Origin: Burkholderiales bacterium
GTDB taxonomy: Bacteria > Pseudomonadota > Gammaproteobacteria > Burkholderiales > SG8-41
Direction of reading: 5' to 3'
DNA: 59,837 nucleotides
Assembly: GCA_046596405.1 (NCBI GenBank)
Contig: JBKJMN010000132.1
Coordinates: forward strand, 1-59,837
The notes beneath the pieces are model-generated. The model saw only the letters and a program-made list of their open reading frames with translations. It did not search any database and was not told the origin of the DNA. A program made the translations under genes and the position numbers. Shown one piece after another: positions 1 through 10,710 of the stretch. Position 1 is the stretch's first letter; the number at the start of each line of letters is the position of its first letter.

Positions 1-609
1 AGCGCGGTCGCCAACGTCGAGCAGAACGGGATCGTGTTTCTCGACGAGATCGACAAGATCACGAGCCGCGGCGAAGCTTCCGGCGCTGAAGTTTCGCGCC
101 AGGGCGTGCAGCGCGACCTGTTACCGCTGGTCGAAGGCACGACGGTCTCGACCAAGTACGGCATGATCAAGACCGATCACATCCTGTTTATCGCGAGCGG
201 CGCGTTCCACCTGGCGAAGCCGTCGGACCTGATCCCGGAATTGCAGGGGCGCTTTCCGATCCGCGTCGAGCTGGCGAGCCTGTCCGTCACGGACTTCGAG
301 CAGATCCTGACCAACACGGACGCGTGCCTCACGCGCCAGTACGAAGCGTTGCTTGCGACCGAGGGCGTTAAAATCGAGTTCCAGCCGACGGCCATCAAGC
401 GCCTCGCTGAAATCGCGTGGCAGGTCAACGAAAAGACCGAAAACATCGGTGCGCGCCGCCTGTATACCGTGATGGAAAAGCTGCTCGAGGAAATTTCCTA
501 CGATGCGGCGAAGCACACTGGCGCAGCGGTCGCGATCGACGCCGACTACGTCGATGCGCGGTTAAAGGGACTCGCGCAAAGCGAGGATCTCGCGCGTTAC
601 GTGCTGTGA
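1..609 (+). CDS. hslU: ATP-dependent protease ATPase subunit HslU, C-terminal part (5' end lies outside the window)
   Basis: Frame is open from nt 1. [21 protein letters not shown] and [17 protein letters not shown] are typical HslU C-terminal segments. TGA at 607-609. Confidence 0.93.
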   Translation, partial: SAVANVEQNGIVFLDEIDKITSRGEASGAEVSRQGVQRDLLPLVEGTTVSTKYGMIKTDHILFIASGAFHLAKPSDLIPELQGRFPIRVELASLSVTDFEQILTNTDACLTRQYEALLATEGVKIEFQPTAIKRLAEIAWQVNEKTENIGARRLYTVMEKLLEEISYDAAKHTGAAVAIDADYVDARLKGLAQSEDLARYVL

Positions 610-627
610 TGCCCGCGGTGCGGGCAT
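609..627. terminator. Hairpin between convergent hslU and rlpA
   Basis: ATGCCCGC ggt GCGGGCAT, starting in the hslU stop codon. No U-tract on either strand. Confidence 0.4.
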
Positions 628-649
628 CCGCATAGCACCGCCATCGCGT

Positions 650-1783
650 TCACCGCACGAGCACCATCGCCTTGATGCCCAAGGCCTGACTAATGCGGTC
701 GGCGGCCGCCCGCGCGTCGGTCTGGGTCGCATACGGTCCCGCGTGTACGCGGAACAAGCCGTCTTTCGGGTACACGTGCAGCGCCGGCGCAAGCCAGTCG
801 ATCTGCGTGCGCAAACGTGCGAGATAGTTTTCCGCGTTGTCCGGCGTGCCGAACGCGCCCAGTTGCAGGAACAATCCCTTCTGCCCGGTGGGCTCGACGA
901 CGACCGCGACCGTGGCAGCGGGTTTTTCTGGCGGCATCGCGGCCGTTTCCGCGTCGGCGGCTAAAGTGGCGGGCGGGGGCGGCAAAGCGACGGCGACCGG
1001 CGGCACGGCAGGCTGCAATGGCGTAATGCCTGGTTCATAAGGCTTGGGTGGAATTACCGCCATGGCCGGCGCGACCGGCGTGCCGGCATCGGGGAGGATG
1101 GTTTCGACCTCGACCAGCGCTTTGCCGCCGCCGAGCACGCCGAGCTTGTACGCGGCGGTGTACGAAAGATCGATCAGGCGGTCGGAGTGAAACGGCCCGC
1201 GGTCGTTGATGCGCACGACGACCGCCTTGTTGTTGGCAAGGTTGGTCACGCGCGCATAGCTCGGAATCGGCAATACCGGGTGCGCTGCGGTCATGCCGTA
1301 CATGTCGTAGATCTCGCCCGACGACGTCTTCTGGTCGTGATAGCGGCGCCCGTACCAGCTCGCGATGCCGCGTTCCCGGTACGGGAGTAGCCGCGTCATC
1401 GGCGTGTAAGTCTGGCCCATCACCGAATAGGGCCGCATGTTGGCGGGCCGCAGCGGCTCCGGGCGCGGCACCGCATCGGGAATCTGCTCGAGATTGGCGG
1501 GTGGATTGTCGCCGGGTCCGTCGTTCAGATAGTACCCGCCGCCGCGCGGAGCGGGCGGCCGGGTTGGCGCCGGCGCCGGCGCCGGCGCGGGCGTCACGGC
1601 GCCCGCGGGTGCCCGCGCGACCGGCGCGGATGGTTCGCGCGGGCTCATGCTGCCGCAGCCGGCCAGCGTGATCGCTACGAGCGCGGCGATAATCCAGGAT
1701 CGAGGATTGAGGATTGAGGCTCGAGCCGACCCCAAGCCTGCTGTCCGTGGCTGCGCGTTTTTCTGTTGTGTCTCACTCCTCAA
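650..1783 (-). CDS. rlpA: Septal ring lytic transglycosylase RlpA (lipoprotein with DPBB domain and C-terminal SPOR domain)
   Basis: Lipobox LAGC. DPBB core GIASWYG...GMTAAHPVLPIPSYARVTNL...VVVRINDRGPF. SPOR-like C-terminus LFLQLGAFG...NAENY. The start is TTG at 1783, with GAGGAG 6 nt upstream. An alternative TTG at 1735 gives a shorter signal peptide. Confidence 0.85.
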   Translation of the reverse strand: MRSETQQKNAQPRTAGLGSARASILNPRSWIIAALVAITLAGCGSMSPREPSAPVARAPAGAVTPAPAPAPAPTRPPAPRGGGYYLNDGPGDNPPANLEQIPDAVPRPEPLRPANMRPYSVMGQTYTPMTRLLPYRERGIASWYGRRYHDQKTSSGEIYDMYGMTAAHPVLPIPSYARVTNLANNKAVVVRINDRGPFHSDRLIDLSYTAAYKLGVLGGGKALVEVETILPDAGTPVAPAMAVIPPKPYEPGITPLQPAVPPVAVALPPPPATLAADAETAAMPPEKPAATVAVVVEPTGQKGLFLQLGAFGTPDNAENYLARLRTQIDWLAPALHVYPKDGLFRVHAGPYATQTDARAAADRISQALGIKAMVLVR

Positions 1784-1801
1784 TCCACACTCCTCGATCC
1801 T
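1696..1801. repeat. Heptamer-built imperfect inverted repeat at the rodA|rlpA junction
   Basis: Arm 1696-1719 is AGGATCG AGGATTG AGGATTG AGG. Arm 1774-1801 is CACTCCT CAATCCA CACTCCT CGATCCT. 22 of 24 paired positions are complementary, with a 58-nt spacer between paired parts. Confidence 0.85.
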
Positions 1802-2879
1802 AGCTTTGCACCAGTTTCTTATGCGTCTGTATGCTCATCAATATGCCGAGCCCGAGGCAGATCGTCACCAGGGAAGTTCCGCCGTAGCTTACGAGCGGCA
1901 ACGGCACGCCGACCACCGGCAGGATGCCGCTGACCATGCCCATGTTTACGAACGCATACGTAAAGAAACCCAGCGTGATCGCGCCGCCGAACAGCCGCGT
2001 GAACAAAGTTGGCGCATTGGCGGTGATCACGATGCCGCGACCGATCACGAGCAGGAACAGCACGAGCAGCGCAGAGTTGCCGAGCAGACCGAACTCTTCC
2101 GAAAACACCGCGAATATGAAATCGGTCGTGCGCTCCGGAATGAAATCCAGATGGGTTTGAGTGCCTTGCAGCCAGCCTTTGCCGACGAGTCCGCCCGAGC
2201 CGACGGCGATCGTCGATTGGATCGTGTGATAGCCGGCGCCGAGCGGGTCCTGGGTCGGATCGATCAAGGTCAAAATCCGCTGGCGCTGGTAGTCGTGCAT
2301 CATGCCCCACACGAACGGCATGCAGGCGGCGGCGGCGACGCCGAGCCCCGCGATGATGCGCCACGACAATCCCGCCAGAAAAAGCACATAACCGCCGGCC
2401 GCCGAAATCAAAAGTGCCGTCCCCAGATCGGGCTGACGCACGATGAGCCCGATCGGCACCAGCAGCAGGACGACCGCGACGATGTAATTCTTCAGCTTGA
2501 GCGTGGCTTCATAGCGGTCGAAATACCACGCGAGCATCAGCGGCACCGCGATTTTCATGAGCTCGGACGGCTGGATCCGGGTGACTCCGATATAAAGCCA
2601 GCGCCGCGCGCCGTTGACGATATCGCCGAACAGCGCGACGCAAACCAGCAGCATCACGCCCAGCACGTAGAGCGGCAGCGCAATGCGCCGCAGGAAATGC
2701 GGCGGCACGTTGGCGAATGCATACATAACGCCCAGCGCGACCAGGATGTTGGCGATCTGGCTGGAGATGCGCGGCACGCTCTGGTTGGAGCCGCTGAAAA
2801 TGGTCACGAGGCCGACCGTCATCAGGAGCAGCAGCGCGAACAGCAGCTGGTTGTCGATATGCGCGGTCAACACCCGCAT
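1800..2879 (-). CDS. rodA: Peptidoglycan glycosyltransferase RodA (SEDS family)
   Basis: Multi-TM FtsW/RodA/SpoVE-type sequence following mrdA. Trimmed from the track ORF (to 3131) to ATG at 2879 (MRVLTAHIDNQLL...), which sits just after the mrdA stop at 2887. Confidence 0.9.
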   Translation of the reverse strand: MRVLTAHIDNQLLFALLLLMTVGLVTIFSGSNQSVPRISSQIANILVALGVMYAFANVPPHFLRRIALPLYVLGVMLLVCVALFGDIVNGARRWLYIGVTRIQPSELMKIAVPLMLAWYFDRYEATLKLKNYIVAVVLLLVPIGLIVRQPDLGTALLISAAGGYVLFLAGLSWRIIAGLGVAAAACMPFVWGMMHDYQRQRILTLIDPTQDPLGAGYHTIQSTIAVGSGGLVGKGWLQGTQTHLDFIPERTTDFIFAVFSEEFGLLGNSALLVLFLLVIGRGIVITANAPTLFTRLFGGAITLGFFTYAFVNMGMVSGILPVVGVPLPLVSYGGTSLVTICLGLGILMSIQTHKKLVQS

Positions 2880-2886
2880 GAGGCGC

Positions 2887-4788
2887 CTAATCACGGCCGA
2901 CCTGGCTGTCGTCGGGCTTGAGCGGCGTCGGCTGCTTGCCGAGCAGGTAGTAATCGAACACCGCGCGCGCAATTGGCGCCGCGGCGCGTGCGCCGAAGCC
3001 GGCGTTTTCCACCACCACCGCGAGCGCCAGTTTGGGCTTGTCGGCGGGTGCATACGCGATGAAGAGCGCGTGGTCGCGATGGCGCTCGAGCACGCGGCTC
3101 TCGACGTATTTCTCGCCCTGCTTGATGGCAATTACCTGCGCGGTTCCGGTCTTGCCCGCGCTGACGTAAGGCGTACCGGCGAAGGCGCGCGCGCCGGTGC
3201 CCTCCTTGTTGACGCCGATCAGCGCGTTCTTGACGACCGCGAGATGTTCGGGTTTGAGCTCCAGCGTGCGCTCGGGCTGGGGTTCGATGACGGCGCGATT
3301 CCGGGTGACGATGTCTTCGACGTAGTTGACGATATGCGGCCGGAACATCACGCCATCGTTGGCGATCGTAGCGATCGCCTGCGCGAGCTGCAGCGGCGTA
3401 TAGGAGTTGTAACCCTGGCCGATACCCACGCTGATGGTTTCGCCCGCGTACCATTTCTGCTTGAAACGCTTGGTCTTCCACGCCTGCGAGGGGAGGATGC
3501 CGGCGGACTCGCCGGTGATGTCGATGCCGGTGCGCGTGCCGAAGCCGAACTGCTTCATGAAAGTGGCGATGTTGTCGATGCCCAGATCGTTGGCGAGCAT
3601 GTAGTAATAGGTGTCGCAGGACACCACGATCGATTTGTACATGTCGACCATGCCGTGGCCGCCGACCTTGTCGTCGCGGAAGAAGTGCCCGCCGAAGTTG
3701 TAACCGCCGGGGTCGCTGATCGCCTGCTCGGGACGCCGCTTGCCGTAAGTCAGCGCGGCCAGCGCCATGAACGGCTTGAACGTGGAGCCCGGTGGGTAGG
3801 TGCCGGCGAGCGCGCGGTTAACCATCGGCCGGTCGATCGATTCGTTGAGTTCCTTCCAGTTCTGCGAGTCGATGCCGTCCACGAACAAATTGGGATCGAA
3901 GCCGGGCTTGGAGACGAACGCGACGACCCCGCCGGTGCTCGGGTCAATCGCGACCAGCGCGCCCCGGAATTGGCCGAACGCGCGATTAACCACTTCCTGC
4001 AGCACCGCATCGAGGTTCAGCACGAGGTTGTTGCCCGACACGGGCGCCGAGCGCGATAGCGTGCGCACGGCACGGCCGGCGGCGTCGACTTCGACTTCCT
4101 CGACACCGGTAGTGCCGTGCAGGTGTGTCTCGTAGCTTTGCTCAAGCCCGACCTTGCCGATGTAGTCGGTGCCGCGGTAGTTGGCATCGACGCCTTTTTC
4201 CTCGAGCTGCTCGATCTCTTGCGGGTTAATGCGCCCGATATGGCCGACGACGTGCGAAAACAGTTCAGCGTGCGGATATTGGCGAAACAGGCGCGCGTTG
4301 ATCTCGACGCCCGGAAAGCGATAGCGGTGGGCGGCAAAGCGCGCGATTTCCTCGTCCGACAGGCGCGTGCGTATCGGCAGGCTCTCGAAGCTCTTGCTCT
4401 CGTCGATCAGTTTGCGAAAACGCCGCCGGTCCTTGGCCGTGATTTCGACCACGGTCGCGAGGTCGTCGATCAGCGCTTCGATGTCGTCGACCTTGCGCGG
4501 CGTGATTTCTAGGGTGTAAGCCGAATAATTGGTGGCGAGGAGCACGCCGTTGCGGTCGACGATGATGCCGCGATTGGGCACGATCGGCACGATCGAGATG
4601 CGGTTGGCCTCCGCGAGCGTCGTGTAATAGCTGTGCTGCACGACCTGCAGGTAGAAAAAGCGCGCAAACAGCAGAAAAAACATGCACAGCACGAATCCGG
4701 ATGCGATGGCGAGCCGCACGCGGAAGTGGTGAATCTCGAGCCGCGAATTCCTGAGCTCGACGCCGGGGTTGATAGAAAGTTCAGACAC
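2887..4788 (-). CDS. mrdA: Penicillin-binding protein 2 (elongasome transpeptidase)
   Basis: N-terminal TM anchor, SxxK motif STFK, KTGTA motif, 633 codons, position between mreD and rodA. GTG start. Confidence 0.93.
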   Translation of the reverse strand: MSELSINPGVELRNSRLEIHHFRVRLAIASGFVLCMFFLLFARFFYLQVVQHSYYTTLAEANRISIVPIVPNRGIIVDRNGVLLATNYSAYTLEITPRKVDDIEALIDDLATVVEITAKDRRRFRKLIDESKSFESLPIRTRLSDEEIARFAAHRYRFPGVEINARLFRQYPHAELFSHVVGHIGRINPQEIEQLEEKGVDANYRGTDYIGKVGLEQSYETHLHGTTGVEEVEVDAAGRAVRTLSRSAPVSGNNLVLNLDAVLQEVVNRAFGQFRGALVAIDPSTGGVVAFVSKPGFDPNLFVDGIDSQNWKELNESIDRPMVNRALAGTYPPGSTFKPFMALAALTYGKRRPEQAISDPGGYNFGGHFFRDDKVGGHGMVDMYKSIVVSCDTYYYMLANDLGIDNIATFMKQFGFGTRTGIDITGESAGILPSQAWKTKRFKQKWYAGETISVGIGQGYNSYTPLQLAQAIATIANDGVMFRPHIVNYVEDIVTRNRAVIEPQPERTLELKPEHLAVVKNALIGVNKEGTGARAFAGTPYVSAGKTGTAQVIAIKQGEKYVESRVLERHRDHALFIAYAPADKPKLALAVVVENAGFGARAAAPIARAVFDYYLLGKQPTPLKPDDSQVGRD

Positions 4789-5302
4789 GGTCGGGGTCGG
4801 ACAGCGGCCGCTGCGGCAGCTTGAACAGGAAAGTCAGCGCCGGCCACATAGCGGCGGCGACGAAGCTGCCCACGAAATAGCGGAAGCCCGGGAATGCGGC
4901 GCCCGCAAACAGGCGCACTGCAAGCACTATCGTGTCGTTCAGCAACAGGAGCACCAAAACATGCAGTATCTGGTCGCGCATCGTGAACATCAGCACGCGG
5001 CGATGCAGGACGATGCCCGCGTACGCGAGCACCGAATAGGCGAGGGCATGCTGGCCGAACAGGCTGCCTTCCGCAACATCCATGATCAGACCCAGCAACC
5101 ACGCCGAAGTGAAGCCGACCTTGCGCGGTTGCTGTATGCACCAGTAAAGCACGACCAGCGCGACGAAATCCGGCTTCACATAGATCCACCAGCCCGACCA
5201 TGGCAAGAGGTCGACCAGCAGCGCTGCGATGAACGTGATGACGATGAATACGCCGCGTACCGGCAGCAGGATTTCGTGCAGAGAAATGTCGCGTGCCTGC
5301 AT
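4781..5302 (-). CDS. mreD: Rod shape-determining protein MreD
   Basis: Small polytopic membrane protein in the mreB-mreC-mreD order. Its ATG overlaps the mreC stop (ATGA), and its stop overlaps the mrdA start. Confidence 0.85.
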   Translation of the reverse strand: MQARDISLHEILLPVRGVFIVITFIAALLVDLLPWSGWWIYVKPDFVALVVLYWCIQQPRKVGFTSAWLLGLIMDVAEGSLFGQHALAYSVLAYAGIVLHRRVLMFTMRDQILHVLVLLLLNDTIVLAVRLFAGAAFPGFRYFVGSFVAAAMWPALTFLFKLPQRPLSDPDRV

Positions 5303-6201
5303 CAGGACCCCCGGCGCGGTTTTTTGGGCCGCGGCGCTTTGGGCTCTTCGACGGGCCGCTCCGGCAGCTTGTTTTCCCAGTTGAGCACCAGCACCTGGCT
5401 ATGGCTCGCGACCCCGGCGAGCGGTTTGCCCGTGATGCGCGCAAACAGATAGGCCGCGTTGCGCTCGACGTTGGATACTTCGGCGACGGGCAGTCCCGGC
5501 GGATAGATGCCGTCGATGCCCGAAGTCACCAGCTGGTCGCCGTTCTGGAAATCGGCGTTCAGCGGAATGAACTTCAATTCGAGCTGGCCGTCGTTGCCGG
5601 TGCCGCCGAGTACTGCGCGCAGGCCGTTGCGCAGGTTTTGCACCGGCACGGCTTGTTCTTTGTCGGTGACCAGCGTGACTTCCGAAAGCCATGGGTAGAC
5701 GCGCGTGACCTGGCCGACGATGCCGATCTGGTCGATCACCGGCTGGCCCGGCTTGACGCCGTGCTGCTGGCCTTTGTCGATGACGATTTTGCGCGTGAAG
5801 AGATCGCGCCCCGCATACAGCACCTCGGCGAAAATTGTGCTTTCGGGAAAGCGCTGCCGCGCCCCCAGCAAGTCGCGCAAGTGCAGATTTTCAGCCGCGA
5901 GCGCCGCGTACTTGCGCAGCATGATGGCGTCATTGAGGCTTTGTGCCGCAAGCTTCGTGTTTTCGGTGCGTAATGAGGTTTGCGTGACGAAGAATTCGCC
6001 GACCGTGTCGAGCAAGGCGCGCGGCGCGCCGCCCAGCCTCTGTAACGGGTAGATGATGACGGCGACCACCTTACGGACGCCTTCGAGGTAACCGTAGCGC
6101 GCGTCCGCCACCAGGAACGCGACCGACAGCAACGAGCACAACAGCAGACGGGCTAGGGGAGTGGGGCCGCGTCTGAAAAATGGCGGCGGAGAATGTTCCA
6201 T
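5302..6201 (-). CDS. mreC: Rod shape-determining protein MreC
   Basis: N-terminus MEHSPPPFFRRGPTPLARL plus a TM segment, a coiled-coil segment and beta-rich C-terminal domains, in the position after mreB. Confidence 0.88.
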   Translation of the reverse strand: MEHSPPPFFRRGPTPLARLLLCSLLSVAFLVADARYGYLEGVRKVVAVIIYPLQRLGGAPRALLDTVGEFFVTQTSLRTENTKLAAQSLNDAIMLRKYAALAAENLHLRDLLGARQRFPESTIFAEVLYAGRDLFTRKIVIDKGQQHGVKPGQPVIDQIGIVGQVTRVYPWLSEVTLVTDKEQAVPVQNLRNGLRAVLGGTGNDGQLELKFIPLNADFQNGDQLVTSGIDGIYPPGLPVAEVSNVERNAAYLFARITGKPLAGVASHSQVLVLNWENKLPERPVEEPKAPRPKKPRRGS

Positions 6202-6205
6202 CAGC

Positions 6206-6284
6206 CGTGAGGCGAGAGGCGAGAGGCGAGAGGCGGTTCAAAGCGGTGGGTTTTCGCCTCACTCCTCACGCCTTACTCCTCACG
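6206..6284. repeat. Heptamer-built imperfect inverted repeat at the mreB|mreC junction
   Basis: Arm 6206-6235 is CGTGAGG (CGAGAGG)x3 CG. Arm 6255-6284 is CG CCTCACT CCTCACG CCTTACT CCTCACG. 24 of 30 positions are complementary, with a 19-nt spacer. Confidence 0.9.
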
Positions 6285-6288
6285 CCGC

Positions 6289-7401
<1,113 letters not shown>

Positions 7402-7424
7402 TTAAGCTAAAACGCACGCTGCCC

Positions 7425-7712
7425 ATGGCTCTGACGCTCGACGACGTAAAACGCATCGCGCAACTGGCGCGCATTGAAGTGGCGCCGGACGAAGCGGGCG
7501 AGGTACTCGATCGCATGACCGGAATTTTCCGCCTGATCGAAGCAATGCAGGCCGTCGATACGACGGGCGTCGTGCCGATGTCCCATGCGCAGGACTTAAC
7601 GTTGCGGCTGCGCGATGATGTGGTGACCGAGGGCGACCGGCACACCTTGTTCCAAGCTATCGCGCCGCAGGTCGAGGCGGATCTTTATCTGGTGCCCAAG
7701 GTTATTGAGTGA
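7425..7712 (+). CDS. gatC: Asp/Glu-tRNA amidotransferase subunit C
   Basis: 95 codons. [19 protein letters not shown]...LYLVPKVIE is typical GatC. Lies upstream of gatA and gatB. Confidence 0.92.
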   Translation: MALTLDDVKRIAQLARIEVAPDEAGEVLDRMTGIFRLIEAMQAVDTTGVVPMSHAQDLTLRLRDDVVTEGDRHTLFQAIAPQVEADLYLVPKVIE

Positions 7713-7792
7713 GGAGGGAGGGGTGAGGAGTGAGGCGCTTCGCGCCGGTTAGCTTTCCTCCTCTCGCTTCTCGCCTCTCGCCTCCCTCCTCC
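7707..7792. repeat. Heptamer-built imperfect inverted repeat at the gatC|gatA junction
   Basis: Arm 7707-7737 is GAGTGAG GAGGGAG GGGTGAG GAGTGAG GCG. Arm 7757-7792 is CCTCCTC TCGCTTC TCGCCTC TCGCCTC CCTCCTC C. The outer 11 bp are perfect (7711-7721 with 7781-7791), and the inner 11 of 16 pair. Confidence 0.88.
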
Positions 7793-7799
7793 TGCTTTC

Positions 7800-9257
7800 A
7801 TGCTTAATTCAACGCTCAAAGAACTGGCTGTCGAGCTTGCCGCCAGGCGCGTGTCCAGCGTTGAAATCACTGAATACTTTCTTAAGCGAATCAACGGGCT
7901 GGGAAAAACGCTCAACGCGTTTATCAGCGTCGACGACGAGCGCAGTCTGGCGGCCGCCCGCGCGGCCGACGCCATGCGCGCACATGGTCTGGCGGGCCCG
8001 TTGACCGGGATCCCGCTCGCGCACAAAGACATCTTCTGCGCGCAGGGCTGGCGCACGACGTGCGCGTCGAAAATTCTGGCGAATTTCGTCGCGCCATATG
8101 ACGCGCATGTCATCGAACTCTTTAATCGAGCCGGCGCGGTCATCGCGGGCAAGACCAACATGGACGAGTTTGCGATGGGCTCGTCGAACGAGACTTCGTA
8201 TTACGGCGCGGTAAAGAATCCGTGGGATCACAGCGCCGTGCCCGGCGGCAGTTCAGGCGGCTCCGCGGCCGCGGTCGCAGCGCGCCTGGCGCCCGCGGCG
8301 ACCGGCACCGATACCGGCGGCTCGATCCGGCAGCCCGCGGCGCTATCGGGCGTCTGCGGCCTCAAGCCCACTTACGGCGTGGTGTCGCGTTACGGCATGA
8401 TCGCGTTTGCTTCCAGCCTCGACCAGGCGGGACCCTTCGCCAAAACCGCCGAAGACCTGGCCTTGATGATGAACGTGATGGGCGGCTACGACGCGCGCGA
8501 TTCGACGAGTTTGCAACGCGAGCCTGAAAACTACGGGCGCGACCTCACCCAGTCCGTAAAGGGCATGCGTATCGGTCTGCCGGCCGAATTCTTTGCCGCC
8601 GGCATGGCGCCTGACGTGGCGCGCGCGGTCGAGCAGGCGATTGCGGAATTCAAAAAGCTCGGCTGCGAAACGGTCGAGGTAGCGCTGCCCAATATGCAGC
8701 TGTCGGTGCCCGTATATTACGTGCTGGCGCCGGCCGAGGCGTCGAGCAACCTGTCGCGTTTCGACGGCGTGCGCTATGGTTACCGCGCGCCGGACTATAC
8801 CGATCTGGCGGATATGTACAGCAAGACGCGCGCGCAGGGCTTCGGTGCGGAAGTGAAGCGCCGCATCCTGATCGGTACCTATGTGCTGTCGCATGGCTAT
8901 TACGACGCGTACTATTTGCAAGCGCAGAAGCTGCGCCGCCTGATCGCGCAGGATTTCGTCGAAGCGTTTAAGAAGTGCGACTTGATCATGGGGCCGACGG
9001 CGCCCACCACCGCGTTCAATCTCGGCGAGAAAGCCGGCGACCCGGTGCAGATGTATCTGTCGGACATCTACACTATCGCGGTCAATCTTGCGGGCCTGCC
9101 CGGCATGTCGATACCCGCCGGGTTTGGTGAAAAAAATCATCCTGTCGGCCTGCAGATCATCGGCAATTATTTCGGCGAACCGAAAATGCTCAACGCCGCG
9201 CACCAATACCAGCAGGCGACCGACTGGCATTTGCGCATGCCGCCGGGACTCGTATGA
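7800..9257 (+). CDS. gatA: Asp/Glu-tRNA amidotransferase subunit A
   Basis: Amidase signature [12 protein letters not shown]...[11 protein letters not shown]. 485 codons. Stop overlaps the gatB ATG (ATGA). Confidence 0.96.
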   Translation: MLNSTLKELAVELAARRVSSVEITEYFLKRINGLGKTLNAFISVDDERSLAAARAADAMRAHGLAGPLTGIPLAHKDIFCAQGWRTTCASKILANFVAPYDAHVIELFNRAGAVIAGKTNMDEFAMGSSNETSYYGAVKNPWDHSAVPGGSSGGSAAAVAARLAPAATGTDTGGSIRQPAALSGVCGLKPTYGVVSRYGMIAFASSLDQAGPFAKTAEDLALMMNVMGGYDARDSTSLQREPENYGRDLTQSVKGMRIGLPAEFFAAGMAPDVARAVEQAIAEFKKLGCETVEVALPNMQLSVPVYYVLAPAEASSNLSRFDGVRYGYRAPDYTDLADMYSKTRAQGFGAEVKRRILIGTYVLSHGYYDAYYLQAQKLRRLIAQDFVEAFKKCDLIMGPTAPTTAFNLGEKAGDPVQMYLSDIYTIAVNLAGLPGMSIPAGFGEKNHPVGLQIIGNYFGEPKMLNAAHQYQQATDWHLRMPPGLV

Positions 9258-10705
9258 AGTGGGAAGTCGTGATCGGGCTGGAAACCCACGCGCAGCTATC
9301 GACGTCCTCCAAGATATTTTCGGGCAGCTCGACGGCGTTCGGCGCGACGCCGAATTCGCAGGCCAGTGCGGTCGATATCGCACTGCCCGGCGTGCTGCCG
9401 GTGCTGAACCGCGGCGCGGTGGAACGCGCGATCCGTTTCGGGCTCGCGGTCAATGGCAAAATCAGCCGCCGCTCGGTTTTCGCGCGCAAGAATTATTTCT
9501 ATCCGGATCTGCCCAAGGGCTACCAGATCAGCCAATACGAATTGCCGGTCGTCGTCGGCGGCTCGCTCGACATTGTGGTCGGCGAGCAGCCGAAGACGGT
9601 GCGGCTCACGCGTGCCCACCTCGAGGAAGACGCCGGCAAATCGCTGCACGAGGATTTCAAGGGCATGAGCGGCATCGATCTGAACCGCGCCGGCACGCCT
9701 TTGCTCGAGATCGTGACCGAGCCCGACATGCGCAGCGCGGAAGAAGCGGTCGCGTACGCCAAAACGCTGCACACTCTCGTGCGCTGGATCGGCATCTGCG
9801 ACGGCAACATGCAGGAAGGCTCGTTCCGCTGCGACGCCAACGTTTCGGTGCGGCCGGCGGGTTCGGACAAGCTCGGCACGCGCTGCGAGATCAAGAACCT
9901 CAATTCGTTCAACTTCATGGAGCAGGCGATCAAATTCGAAGTGCGCCGCCAGATAGAAATCATCGAGGACGGCGGTACGATCAGGCAGGAAACGCGGCTG
10001 TACGATCCGGACAAGGATGAAACGCGCTCGATGCGTTCGAAGGAAGACGCGATGGACTATCGCTACTTCCCCGATCCCGATCTGCTGCCGCTGGAAATCA
10101 CGCCACAGTGGATTGCGCAGGTACGAGCGGAAATGCGCGAGCTGCCGGGCTCTAAGCGCGCGCAATACCAAACGGGCTACGGACTCTCCTTATATGACAC
10201 ACAGCTACTACTACAATCTTTCGAATGGTCGGACTATTTCGAGGCGGCGCTTGCCGCGTGTGGTTTAGCCGACAAAGCGGCTGCGGCAAAGCAGGTCGCC
10301 AACCTAATGACCGGCGAACTGGCGGCCACCTTGAATCGCACCGAAACGCACATCGCTGCCGCGCCGGTGTCTCCGGCCGCACTGGGCTGTCTTGCGTGCC
10401 GGAGCCTCGACGGCACCCTCAGCAACAAAATGGCGAAAGAAGTTTTTGCCGCTATGTGGAAGGGCGAAGGCGACGCGGATTCCATCATCGAAAAACGCGG
10501 CTTGAAGCAGATTTCCGACAGCGGCGAAATCGAAAAAATCGTTGATCAGGTCCTCGCCGCCAATGCGGCGCAGGTTGCGGATTACAAGAGCGGGAAGGAA
10601 AAAGCCTTCAATTCGCTGGTGGGCCAGGTTATGAAGGCATCAAAAGGCAAAGCCAACCCGGCGCAGGTCAATGCGCTGCTGAAGACGAAACTGACGGGCG
10701 CCTAG
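9254..10705 (+). CDS. gatB: Asp/Glu-tRNA amidotransferase subunit B
   Basis: [30 protein letters not shown] and HLEEDAGK are GatB hallmarks. 483 codons. Confidence 0.96.
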   Translation: MKWEVVIGLETHAQLSTSSKIFSGSSTAFGATPNSQASAVDIALPGVLPVLNRGAVERAIRFGLAVNGKISRRSVFARKNYFYPDLPKGYQISQYELPVVVGGSLDIVVGEQPKTVRLTRAHLEEDAGKSLHEDFKGMSGIDLNRAGTPLLEIVTEPDMRSAEEAVAYAKTLHTLVRWIGICDGNMQEGSFRCDANVSVRPAGSDKLGTRCEIKNLNSFNFMEQAIKFEVRRQIEIIEDGGTIRQETRLYDPDKDETRSMRSKEDAMDYRYFPDPDLLPLEITPQWIAQVRAEMRELPGSKRAQYQTGYGLSLYDTQLLLQSFEWSDYFEAALAACGLADKAAAAKQVANLMTGELAATLNRTETHIAAAPVSPAALGCLACRSLDGTLSNKMAKEVFAAMWKGEGDADSIIEKRGLKQISDSGEIEKIVDQVLAANAAQVADYKSGKEKAFNSLVGQVMKASKGKANPAQVNALLKTKLTGA

Positions 10706-10710
10706 GCGCA

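Noticed and set aside
1647-2921. Long ORFs antisense to well-supported genes. Examples: 1647-2921(+), 8343-9383(-), 9296-10171(-), 13504-14547(-), 16589-17530(+), 18305-19465(+), 20379-21887(+), 23875-25191(+), 25046-26668(+), 28595-30022(-), 41190-42431(+), 44152-45336(-), 48596-49915(-), 52370-53818(+), 54051-54839(-), 58125-59495(-).
   Set aside because: They are typical shadow ORFs of GC-rich DNA. They fully overlap genes with clear family motifs. Their products are Arg/His/Asp/Gln/Ala-rich low-complexity strings without recognisable domains, and many rely on non-ATG starts.
2880-3131. N-terminal extensions in the ORF track. Examples: rodA to 3131, ppk to 53905, amtB to 26746, rplM from 33692, gshB to 23699, pstB from 46157, phoU from 46986, erpA from 36996, and the coiled-coil gene from 35617.
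   Set aside because: The extensions overlap the preceding gene or an intergenic structure and are Arg/Ser/Ala-rich junk. In each case an internal ATG coincides with the conserved family N-terminus and usually has a proper SD.
6236-6254. A GGTTCAAAGC string in the loop of the mreB|mreC element as a tRNA T-arm remnant.
   Set aside because: There is no acceptor or anticodon stem context. No tRNA-like cloverleaf can be drawn anywhere in the window.
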